Shown here piece after piece: positions 18,891-27,304 of a stretch of 35,239 nt of DNA. Source of the DNA: a bacterium (lineage in GTDB: Bacteria > Caldisericota > Caldisericia > B22-G15); assembly GCA_012517755.1 (NCBI GenBank), contig JAAYUH010000031.1:1-35239 (forward strand), read 5' to 3'. Position 1 is the first letter of the stretch. Every line of letters starts with the position of its first letter. A model generated the notes under the pieces. It saw nothing but the letters and a program-made list of their open reading frames with translations. It had not been told where the DNA came from and searched no databases. A program made the position numbers and the translations under genes.

Positions 18891-19448
18891 ATGGATTTTA
18901 TTCACCTTTTTATAAATCCAAAAAAGTTTTTTTTAAACTTAAAAAATAAAAATAAATTTATTATATCATTAGTATTTTATATATTATTCACAACGATTTT
19001 AATTTTTTCTATAAAAAATATTTCGAATTCAAAGGAATTTTTCTATGGCTCAATCATTCAAATTCTTTTCAATTTTATTTTTTTGATTTTCTTAGCTCTA
19101 TTCTTAAAAGTTTTTTTAAAAATGTATGGTTTTGAAAGAAGTTTTATTTTATCTTTATCAGATTCATTATCAATTTTTTTACCATCTTACATAGTTTTTG
19201 TATTGATAATTCTTATCAACAAAAACTTTGTTTCTAATTACCAATATAGTTTAATAATTCTTTTTTCTTATAAAGAGTCATTTAGCTTTCTATATAAAAC
19301 AATTTTTTATTTTACATATTTACCAAGAGCCATTCTTATTTTATATACCATTATTGGAATCAGATATATAAGTAATCTTGACCTTAAAAAATCTTTTTTT
19401 ATAACTGCTTTAATTTATTTTATTTTCTATATTGTTTATGTAATTTAA
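18891..19448 (+). CDS. Polytopic membrane protein, possibly Yip1-domain
   Basis: 185 aa with five or so hydrophobic segments and an N-terminus (INPKKFF) reminiscent of Yip1/DUF1282. No SD. Confidence 0.4.
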   Translation: MDFIHLFINPKKFFLNLKNKNKFIISLVFYILFTTILIFSIKNISNSKEFFYGSIIQILFNFIFLIFLALFLKVFLKMYGFERSFILSLSDSLSIFLPSYIVFVLIILINKNFVSNYQYSLIILFSYKESFSFLYKTIFYFTYLPRAILILYTIIGIRYISNLDLKKSFFITALIYFIFYIVYVI

Positions 19449-19449
19449 A

Positions 19450-20934
19450 ATGAAAAAATTATTTTTTAATGGGAAAATTTATGATGAAAATTTCAATATA
19501 AATAAAAATCTTTTAGTAGACGATGGAAAGATAATTTATATTGGAGATGAAGATATAGTTTTACAAGAAAAATATGAAAAGATTAATTTAAAAAAATCAT
19601 ATTTAACACCTAGTTTTTTTGATTCGCATCTTCATCTTTATCTTTATTCAAAGTCGCTTTTTGAATTAAATTTATCAAATATTGATAATTTTGATGATGT
19701 GTTAAGAAAATTGAAAGAATATACAATTGATGGTGATATTATATGGGGATTTGGTTGGGATGATGAAAAATGGAATTGTAAACCAAATAAAAAATTTCTT
19801 GATGAAATTTTTAAAGATAGATATGTAATTTTAAAAAGAAGAGATGGGCACTCTGTTTGGGTTAATTCAAAAATATTAAATGAAATTAATATAGATGAAA
19901 TTTCCAAAATTAAAGGCTCAAAAGTAGAAAAAGATGAAAATGGCGATTTAACAGGAATTTTAAGGGAAAAAGCAGCTGATTATGTTTTTGAACATTTCAA
20001 AGAAAAACAAAATATAGACAAAATATTAAAAAAAGGAGTTAAAAAACTTCAGTCATATGGAATAACAGCTATATGTAATATGGATGGTGATATTCTTCCA
20101 CATCTTATAAAAAATAGATTCAATTTAAGAATAATGAATTCAATACCATTGAACAAACTCAAAGAAGCAATTTCTATTGGAATAAGATCTGACTTTGGAA
20201 ATAATTTCTTAAAAATTTGTGGACTTAAAATATTTATGGATGGTTCATTAGGTTCAAAAACAGCATATATGAAAGAGGGTTTTGAGGATGAAAAAAATAA
20301 TTTTGGTGTTAAATATTTTGATGAAAAAGAGCTTGACGAAATTGTTAATGAAGCTAATAAAAATGGAATTTATGTATGGATTCATTCTATAGGAGATAGA
20401 GCGAATGAGATAGTTTTAAAAATCATTACAAAAAAGGGAAGACATAAATTAAATAGGATAGAACATTCTCAAATTGTTTCTGAAAATTTCTTAAATTTTT
20501 TGAAAAATAAAAAGATATTTTTATCTGTTCAACCATCACACATATTACTTGATTTCGATAAAATTGAGAAATTTTTAGGTAAAAGAGGAAAATATACATA
20601 TCCATTTAAAAGTTTAATCCAGAATGGAGCTACATTAATTTTTGGATCAGATGCTCCAATTGAAAATCCAGACCCATTAAGAGGAATTAATTTAGCAGTT
20701 GATAGAGTAGTTTTTGAGAAAGAATTTTTCAAAAATGAAGCGATTGATGTTGAAGAAGCATTTAAATCTTATACAATAAATCCCGCCAAAAGTGTTGAGA
20801 TGGAAAATAATATAGGAAGTTTATCTATTGGCAAATTTGCAGATTTTGTAACTTTTACAGATGATCCGTTGTCTTTTAAAGGGGAGTTAATTTCAACATA
20901 TATAGAAGGTGAAAAAGTATTTAAAAAGGATTAA
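19450..20934 (+). CDS. Amidohydrolase family protein (Amidohydro_3 / YtcJ-like)
   Basis: Metal-ligand blocks FFDSHLHL, HSIGDRAN, RIEHSQ and GSDAPIE. Confidence 0.8.
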   Translation: MKKLFFNGKIYDENFNINKNLLVDDGKIIYIGDEDIVLQEKYEKINLKKSYLTPSFFDSHLHLYLYSKSLFELNLSNIDNFDDVLRKLKEYTIDGDIIWGFGWDDEKWNCKPNKKFLDEIFKDRYVILKRRDGHSVWVNSKILNEINIDEISKIKGSKVEKDENGDLTGILREKAADYVFEHFKEKQNIDKILKKGVKKLQSYGITAICNMDGDILPHLIKNRFNLRIMNSIPLNKLKEAISIGIRSDFGNNFLKICGLKIFMDGSLGSKTAYMKEGFEDEKNNFGVKYFDEKELDEIVNEANKNGIYVWIHSIGDRANEIVLKIITKKGRHKLNRIEHSQIVSENFLNFLKNKKIFLSVQPSHILLDFDKIEKFLGKRGKYTYPFKSLIQNGATLIFGSDAPIENPDPLRGINLAVDRVVFEKEFFKNEAIDVEEAFKSYTINPAKSVEMENNIGSLSIGKFADFVTFTDDPLSFKGELISTYIEGEKVFKKD

Positions 20935-20947
20935 AATGGAGGTTTTT

Positions 20948-21832
20948 ATGGACTATTTTTTTATCGTAAACCCTGTTGCGGGTTTAGGTAAAGGATTAAA
21001 GGTTTGGGAAAAAATTGAAAATTATCTCAATAAAGAAAAAATTAAATTTGATTATAAAATTACTGAATATCCTAAACATGCAACAGAAATAGCAAAAGAT
21101 GTTGTTAAAAAAGGTTATAAAGTATTGATTTCAGTTGGTGGAGATGGAACGACAAGAGAAGTTGCAGATGGTATTGAAGATAAAGATATTTCATTGGGAA
21201 TAATTCCAGCAGGTAGGGGAAGAGATCTACCAAGAACATTAAAATTACCTAAAAATCCATTAGACGCGTTGAAATTAATTTTAAAAAACAGTAAAAGTAT
21301 TGAAATAGATCATCCAAAAGTAAATGATGAGAGATTTGTTAATTTTTGTGGAGTTGGACTTGATGCTGAAGTTGCAAAAGTCGCAAATACTAAATATAAA
21401 GGCTTTGGTACTCTTTCTTATCTAATTGCTTTTTTAGAGGTACTTATAAAATGGAAAGTGCCTGAATTTGTAATTGAAGTTGAAGGTAAAGTTAGAAATA
21501 TAAAGGCATATTTAATAACTATTGCTAATGGAAAATTTGCTGGTGGTGGAATGCAGATTTCACCTTATTCAAATATGGAAGATGGACTATTAGATATAGT
21601 TATATTCCATAATATGACTAAGTTAAAATTATTTTTTAATTTTCCGAGAGTTTATTTTGGTGGGACTCATATGAAATTAGATGTGGTTGAACACATAAGA
21701 ACAAAAGATATTAAAATAAATTTTAAAGAAAATATCACAACTCAAGCAGATGGTGATCTTGTCGATGGAACAACAAAACATTTTAAAATTGATGGTAAAA
21801 AAATAAAGGTTTTTGTAAGTGAAAATTATTAA
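20948..21832 (+). CDS. Diacylglycerol kinase-family lipid kinase (YegS/BmrU-like)
   Basis: FFIVNPVAGLGKG and VGGDGTTREV. GGAGG sits 5 nt before ATG 20948; the track's start at 20909 overlaps the upstream gene and has no SD. Confidence 0.8.
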   Translation: MDYFFIVNPVAGLGKGLKVWEKIENYLNKEKIKFDYKITEYPKHATEIAKDVVKKGYKVLISVGGDGTTREVADGIEDKDISLGIIPAGRGRDLPRTLKLPKNPLDALKLILKNSKSIEIDHPKVNDERFVNFCGVGLDAEVAKVANTKYKGFGTLSYLIAFLEVLIKWKVPEFVIEVEGKVRNIKAYLITIANGKFAGGGMQISPYSNMEDGLLDIVIFHNMTKLKLFFNFPRVYFGGTHMKLDVVEHIRTKDIKINFKENITTQADGDLVDGTTKHFKIDGKKIKVFVSENY

Positions 21833-21909
21833 GTTTATTAATGATAATTATCTTTATAAATAGAAAAATTATATTTTTAAATATTTAAGAAGATTTTGAA
21901 GGAGGTAAA

Positions 21910-22521
21910 GTGAAGATTTCTGGCATAGTAATAGCGAGTGGAGAAGGCAAAAGAATTGGTAGAATAAAACAACTTCTTCCCTGGAAAAATTCAACAATAT
22001 TAGGAAATATAATTGATACTTTAAAAGATACAGACCTCGATAAAATATACATTGTCTTGGGGCACGAAAAAGAAGAAATTTTAGAAAATATCAAGCATCA
22101 TTTAACAGAGAAATTTGAAGTAATTTTTAATGAAAATTATAAAAAAGGAATGTTGACTTCAATTCAAGAAGCAGTAAAAAAAATTCCAGATGATTACTTT
22201 GGTTTTATTATTTTTTTAGGTGATCAACCATTTATAAAAAAAGAAACTGTTGATAAATCTATTGAAAGGATTAAAGCAAAAGATTACCCAATTATTGTCT
22301 CTTGTTATAAAGGCGAGAGGGGTCACCCAACTTTTATTTCATTAGAATTCAAAGAAAAAATTCTCTCTTTAGATCCAGAAAAAGGGGCTTTAAGAGATAT
22401 AATTTATGATGCAAGGAATAAAAATTTAGTATTTGATTTTGAAACTGATGATGAAGATGTTATAAAGGATATAGATACTTATGAAGATTATATAAGAGAA
22501 AAGGAGGCACACAATGCATAA
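21910..22521 (+). CDS. MobA/MocA-like nucleotidyltransferase (molybdenum cofactor cytidylyl/guanylyl-transferase family)
   Basis: GIVIASGEGKRIG..KQLLPW...TIL is NTP_transf_3-like. GTG start with GGAGG upstream. Confidence 0.65.
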   Translation: MKISGIVIASGEGKRIGRIKQLLPWKNSTILGNIIDTLKDTDLDKIYIVLGHEKEEILENIKHHLTEKFEVIFNENYKKGMLTSIQEAVKKIPDDYFGFIIFLGDQPFIKKETVDKSIERIKAKDYPIIVSCYKGERGHPTFISLEFKEKILSLDPEKGALRDIIYDARNKNLVFDFETDDEDVIKDIDTYEDYIREKEAHNA

Positions 22522-23299
22522 TTCAGAGATATTTAATTTAGGAAAAGAGTTACTTGATAAAGGAGAAATTTTTTCTCTTGTTTCAATAGTCGATGCTCCA
22601 GGCTCTTCACCAGGAAAACCTGGTTTTAAAATGATTGTAAAAGAAAATGGTGAAACTATTGGTACAGTTGGAGGAGGAGCACTTGAATTTATTTTAACTA
22701 AAGAAGCACTAAAAGCAATTGAAGAGGAGAAACCAAGAATGTTTTCAAGAGATTTAGAAGATATAGGTATGAGTTGTGGTGGAAGTGTTGTTGCCTTTAT
22801 CGATGTGATTGGTGTTAATGATAAAATTTATATTTTTGGTGCAGGGCATATTGGATATTCATTATATAAATTTTTAAAGAACTTTCCATTTAAAATTTTT
22901 ATAGTTGATGATAGAGAAGAATTTGCAAAAAGTGAAAAATTCTTAGATGCAAATATAATAAAAGAAGATATGGTCGAATTTTCAAAAAAACTTGATATTA
23001 AAGAAAGAGATTTTGTTGTTATAGTATCAAGAGAGCATGCAATTGATTTTAATGTTGTTAAAGAGATTTTGAAAAAAGAGAAATATCCTTTTTATCTTGG
23101 ACTTATTGGAAGCAAAAATAAAGCTAAAGAGTTTAAAGAGAAACTAAAAAGTGAAGGTTTTCTTGATGAAAAAATTGAAAAAATTCATTCACCAATAGGA
23201 ATAGATATAAATGCAATCACTCCAGATGAAATTGCTATAAGCATTATTGCTGAATTAATTAAAGAAAAAAATTCACGCTCTTCAAGTTTACAAAAGTAG
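22514..23299 (+). CDS. XdhC/CoxI-family molybdoenzyme maturation factor
   Basis: N-terminal FSLVSIVDAPGSSPGKPGFKMIV..GTVGGGALE and a Rossmann-like IYIFGAGHIG C-terminal domain. AAGGAGG SD. Confidence 0.75.
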   Translation: MHNSEIFNLGKELLDKGEIFSLVSIVDAPGSSPGKPGFKMIVKENGETIGTVGGGALEFILTKEALKAIEEEKPRMFSRDLEDIGMSCGGSVVAFIDVIGVNDKIYIFGAGHIGYSLYKFLKNFPFKIFIVDDREEFAKSEKFLDANIIKEDMVEFSKKLDIKERDFVVIVSREHAIDFNVVKEILKKEKYPFYLGLIGSKNKAKEFKEKLKSEGFLDEKIEKIHSPIGIDINAITPDEIAISIIAELIKEKNSRSSSLQK

Positions 23300-23324
23300 A
23301 CACTCTATTTTTGTAAACTTTTTT
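23285..23324 (+). terminator. Putative AT-rich hairpin terminator for the + strand operon, embedded in the 3' ends of two convergent genes
   Basis: AGTTTACAAAA (23285-23295) pairs with TTTTGTAAACT (23309-23319) across a 13 nt loop, followed by a T run (23320-23324). Confidence 0.35.
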
Positions 23325-24273
23325 GTAAACTATAATTTATATACGATCTTATAAAAGGTTTAAATAATCTTATAAATAATATTCTTACTCCAAGTTCTTT
23401 TTTCAAATCTTTAATATAATCATCTAACCCCCTTTTTTGATAATTCAGGAATTTTTCACTTTCTTCTGTATCCAGCCAGTCAACTGCAAAATAATTTTTT
23501 GTAAAAAATTCCTCTGGAGGCATTCCTATTCCTATTTCATTAAGAATTTTAGAAACCATATCTTTATAGTAATATTGGCATTTTTTTCCTCCACCAATAT
23601 TCAATATCTTTCCCCATAAGTCATCTCTTTTTATTGCATTCACAATACTCAAAGCAATATCCTTTGAGTGAACAAACTCAATTCTATTATTCAATGGAAC
23701 ATCAAAAAGTCCATTGATAAAATTTTCTATTTTTAAATCAAAAGTTATTGATGCACCAAGCCTTAAAATTAAATATTTTAAATTTGATTTTTTTATCATC
23801 TCTTCGCACAAAACCTTATGATATGAATATATTTCATTTGGATGAACTTCATCAGTGATTTTAAGTGGTGGTTTAAGATGCTGAGTTATTCCATACACAT
23901 GAACTGTCGATGTAAAAATTATTTTATTTGGTTTATCTAAACTTTCCATTGTTTCTATCAAATTTTTTGTCCCTTGAACATTTATCTTCTCAGCTATTTT
24001 TGGAGCTTTTTCTATATCAATTCCAGTTGATGATATTTTTGGAATTATGAAGGCAAGGTGAACGACTAAATCAATATTTTTTAGAGTATTTTTGACATCC
24101 TCTTCTTTTGTTATATCACCCCAAAAAAATTCTACATTTTTCATTTTTTTAGCATTCTTTAAATTTTTTTTATTTTTCAAATCAAATACTCTTACATCTA
24201 AGCCATGTTTTACTAACTCAGTAGTTACCTGTTGACCAATGTTACCCAAGCCACCAGTTATTAAAACTTTCAT
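23305..24273 (-). CDS. NAD(P)-dependent epimerase/dehydratase (extended SDR)
   Basis: MKVLITGGLGNIGQ Rossmann motif and YxxxK (YSYHK). Confidence 0.75.
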   Translation of the reverse strand: MKVLITGGLGNIGQQVTTELVKHGLDVRVFDLKNKKNLKNAKKMKNVEFFWGDITKEEDVKNTLKNIDLVVHLAFIIPKISSTGIDIEKAPKIAEKINVQGTKNLIETMESLDKPNKIIFTSTVHVYGITQHLKPPLKITDEVHPNEIYSYHKVLCEEMIKKSNLKYLILRLGASITFDLKIENFINGLFDVPLNNRIEFVHSKDIALSIVNAIKRDDLWGKILNIGGGKKCQYYYKDMVSKILNEIGIGMPPEEFFTKNYFAVDWLDTEESEKFLNYQKRGLDDYIKDLKKELGVRILFIRLFKPFIRSYINYSLQKSLQK

Positions 24274-24878
24274 AACTCTTCCTCCTTTTTTATATTATTC
24301 AATATGAACTTAATCCCCTTTTTTGAAAAATCTTCATTCTCTTTATCTAAGAATAGAGATCTTTTTAATATCATACCTATTGCCAATGAGATAATTAATT
24401 GTGAAATAAATTCAGAATCAATTTCTTTTTTAATATTTCCTTCTCTTTTACCTTTTTCAATCATCTCATAGACATATTTTTTATATTTTTGAAATTGATA
24501 TGATATTTTTTTCATTATTTCTGTTTCTTTTGATGCTTTTCTTAAAAATTCAAGAAATATTGTAAATTTTCCTTCAGATGTTATAAAAATCTCCTCAAGT
24601 ATTATAACCATTTCTTCCATTGCCCTAAGAGTATTTTTTGATTTTTTCTCAATTTCATTCATTCTTTTATCGAGTTCTGAAAGATATTTATCGAGGATTT
24701 CTAAAAACAAAAATTCTTTAGTTGGGAAATGATAAAAAAATGCACCTTTACTTATTTCTGCTTTATTGCAAATATCCTGAACAGTTGTTGAGTCATAACC
24801 GTTTTCAGTAAAAAGAATTTCTGCTCCTTTAATAATTTTTTTCTTTGTTTCTTCACCTTTTATCTTTTTTTCATTCAT
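24270..24878 (-). CDS. TetR/AcrR family transcriptional regulator
   Basis: N-terminal HTH LFTENGYDSTTVQDICNKAEISKGAFFYHFPTKE. A 4 nt overlap links it to the downstream SDR gene. Confidence 0.85.
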   Translation of the reverse strand: MNEKKIKGEETKKKIIKGAEILFTENGYDSTTVQDICNKAEISKGAFFYHFPTKEFLFLEILDKYLSELDKRMNEIEKKSKNTLRAMEEMVIILEEIFITSEGKFTIFLEFLRKASKETEIMKKISYQFQKYKKYVYEMIEKGKREGNIKKEIDSEFISQLIISLAIGMILKRSLFLDKENEDFSKKGIKFILNNIKKEEEL

Positions 24879-24928
24879 AATCTTTCCTTATATAAAAATA
24901 AAAGTATCTAACTTTGTCTGCATATTAG

Positions 24929-24976
24929 TATACCGACCAGTTGGTATAATTATATTGGAAAAATTTATTTTGTCAA
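24929..24976 (-). promoter_or_regulatory. Promoter of the tetR-SDR operon with overlapping palindromic operator candidate
   Basis: On the minus strand: TTGACA (24976-24971), 16 nt spacer, TATAAT (24954-24949). It is immediately followed by TATACC-N8-GGTATA (24948-24929; 12 of the inner 16 positions self-complementary). Confidence 0.55.
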
Positions 24977-25220
24977 GTGTTTTGTTAATGCAAAGTGATA
25001 TTATAATGAGTAACAATAAAATTTCTTATAAAATAGAGTTTTCAAAATTTTATACTCCATCAAGATAATGAATTAAAAATATGTTATTTTAAGAGAAGAA
25101 GATAGTTAAAGATATTAAAAAAAAGAGTTGAAAGAATCTATTGTCTATTTAATAAATTAATTCGAATGATTGCTTTTGAAAAATGAGTAAACTTTTGCTT
25201 TGAATTGATATAGTAGAATA

Positions 25221-26579
25221 TTATTTAAACATTTTGTTATTAAAGTTAATTGATTCAAGAAGAAGTTTTTTTGATGCCTCTTTATAAATTTTTGATATTG
25301 TACCTATACTTGAAAAGATGTAATTATTGTCAATTAAAATTTTCGGATTTTTTGGAAGAAGTATCCTTTCATCATCTATATTTTTATAAATTTCCTTTAT
25401 ATACACTTTCATTGATGGAATTTGTGTTAATACACCGCCAGTTCCAACAACATATTTAATTCCTCTTAAATCTTTTCCATAAATTGCTTTTAGTTTTCCT
25501 GAAGGAGTATATAGAAATCTTACCTCTCCAACATGTCTTAGGAGCGATGTTTTTATGCACATTTCTGCGAGTTTTTTTGTTATATATATTTCATTTTTAG
25601 TTTTTGGGATAGGTTTTAAATACTTTAAATATTTTTTAATTTTTTCAACTTCTAATTCATCAAAAAGATTAATAACATTTTGGTGTGATACATAAACTCC
25701 AAGGTCGCCTTCGACAGTTCTTTTTGCAATTGGTTCTGGATATATAACAATTGAATCTTTTTCAATTTTACCTTCTGTAACAGAGTGAACATCTGTTGTT
25801 GCTCCACCAACATCAAAGCCCATAACATCGCCAATTTCGTCATAAAGAAGAATAAAGGCATTCATAACTGCACCAGGTGTTGGAATTATCTCACCCTCAA
25901 CATAATTTCTTATCTTTTCCATACCAGGAGCATTAACTATATGCTCTTCAAAAACTTTTTGAATAATTTTTCTTACTGGTTCAATATTTAATTTATCAAT
26001 TTCAGGATAAACATTTTCTGTTATATATACTTTAAAATTTTTCTTTAAAAAAATATTTTTAACCTCTTCTTGAATTGCTTTATTTCCTGCATAAACTATT
26101 GGAGGCCTAATATTTAAATTAGAAAGTCTTTTCGCATTTTCAATAATCATATTACTTTCACCATAATCAACTCCACCTGAAAGAAGTATTATATTAGGTT
26201 TAATCTCTTCAATTTTTTCTAAATCATATTTACTGATAATTCCAGAAGTTACAAGTTTTGTTATTGCTCCTGCGCCAAGAGCAGCCTCTTTTGCTGCCTT
26301 TGCTGTCATTTCTGGAACAAGACCGTGAACAGTCATCTTTAATCCACCAGCAGCAGATGAATTTCCATACATATGGGACCATGTTAATTCTGTCTCATTC
26401 AGTTTATTTTTTAAATCCTCTATTGCGTTTCTTAATCCAATAGTTATATCTCCTTCTTTTGTTGTTGTAGAAGATATCCCTTTTCCAAGATAGACTGGAT
26501 TTTTCTTTTTAAGATTACTAAATGCTGAAACTTTCGTTATAGTTGAACCAATTTCAACCACAAGAACCTCAATCTTCAT
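25221..26579 (-). CDS. GlmL/MutL-family (glutamate mutase L-like) ASKHA-fold ATPase
   Basis: N-terminal VVEIGSTITKVSAF and the second phosphate motif FDVGGATTDVHSV. At ~450 aa the length matches GlmL. Confidence 0.65.
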   Translation of the reverse strand: MKIEVLVVEIGSTITKVSAFSNLKKKNPVYLGKGISSTTTKEGDITIGLRNAIEDLKNKLNETELTWSHMYGNSSAAGGLKMTVHGLVPEMTAKAAKEAALGAGAITKLVTSGIISKYDLEKIEEIKPNIILLSGGVDYGESNMIIENAKRLSNLNIRPPIVYAGNKAIQEEVKNIFLKKNFKVYITENVYPEIDKLNIEPVRKIIQKVFEEHIVNAPGMEKIRNYVEGEIIPTPGAVMNAFILLYDEIGDVMGFDVGGATTDVHSVTEGKIEKDSIVIYPEPIAKRTVEGDLGVYVSHQNVINLFDELEVEKIKKYLKYLKPIPKTKNEIYITKKLAEMCIKTSLLRHVGEVRFLYTPSGKLKAIYGKDLRGIKYVVGTGGVLTQIPSMKVYIKEIYKNIDDERILLPKNPKILIDNNYIFSSIGTISKIYKEASKKLLLESINFNNKMFK

Positions 26580-26873
26580 ATGATAAAAATTATAACATAG
26601 TTCATTTTTAGGTAAAAAATTTTGTTTATAATATAAATTGTTGAAAAGTTAACTCGAAAGATTGAGATAAAAAGATAAATTTATAGTTTTTATTTTATTT
26701 CTATCATCAATATAAAATCAAATTTTTCTTAACTGGTTCAAGTAGTTTTTACTTAAAAAATCTTTTTCCTGAATCTTCCTTTGGAAGAAAAACTTTATAT
26801 GAATTTAATTTTACATAATTACTAAAGATTATTCAGGTTTTGAAAATACAATTTTAACTTTAGATCTATAGTT

Positions 26874-26901
26874 TTGAAAATATCAAAAATTCTTGTATCA
26901 T
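26874..26901 (+). promoter_or_regulatory. Candidate promoter giving a leaderless micro-ORF transcript
   Basis: TTGAAA (26874-26879), 16 nt spacer, TATCAT (26896-26901). ATG follows 6 nt downstream at 26908. Confidence 0.4.
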
Positions 26902-26907
26902 TTAAGT

Positions 26908-27033
26908 ATGAAAAATTTAATTAGTTCTAAAGGATTTTGCCTTGTAAGTTGTTTATTTAGATTGATAGTTTTTATTGTAATTCTTATTATCATTATTTTT
27001 TTAGTTAAAGGTTGCGTAAAAATAGTTTTTTAA
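26908..27033 (+). CDS. 41-codon hydrophobic micro-ORF (below the ORF-track length cut-off)
   Basis: My translation is MKNLISSKGFCLVSCLFRLIVFIVILIIIIFLVKGCVKIVF. Its stop TAA (27031-27033) abuts the ATG of the next gene (27034). No SD, but a promoter lies at leaderless distance. Confidence 0.4.
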   Translation: MKNLISSKGFCLVSCLFRLIVFIVILIIIIFLVKGCVKIVF

Positions 27034-27264
27034 ATGTTAATTATAAGATGTTCGAAATGTAAAAATAAACTTTTTAAATATGAAAAAATTGGAAAAGGGA
27101 AACTCCTTCATCTCTGGAAAAAAAGAATCAAGAAAGAGTATTCAATAATAAAAAGTAATAAAAATATTTATTGTGAATGTGGAAATTTAATTGGAGTTGA
27201 CGAAGGAATTTATATCAAAATTATAAAAAGCAGTATAACTTATAGCGGAGAAATAATTAAATAA
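27034..27264 (+). CDS. Small 4-Cys zinc-ribbon protein (hypothetical)
   Basis: 76 aa and lysine rich, with CSKC ... CEC pairs. It has no SD of its own and starts directly after the micro-ORF stop. Confidence 0.5.
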   Translation: MLIIRCSKCKNKLFKYEKIGKGKLLHLWKKRIKKEYSIIKSNKNIYCECGNLIGVDEGIYIKIIKSSITYSGEIIK

Positions 27265-27304
27265 ATTTGATAAAATAGTATAAATTGTTTTAAAAGGAGA
27301 TTAT

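Noticed and set aside
26774-26788. Hairpin TCTTCC-ttt-GGAAGA in the glmL upstream spacer
   Set aside because: The stem is only 6 bp and no T-run is adjacent on either strand. This is not convincing as a terminator or RNA element.
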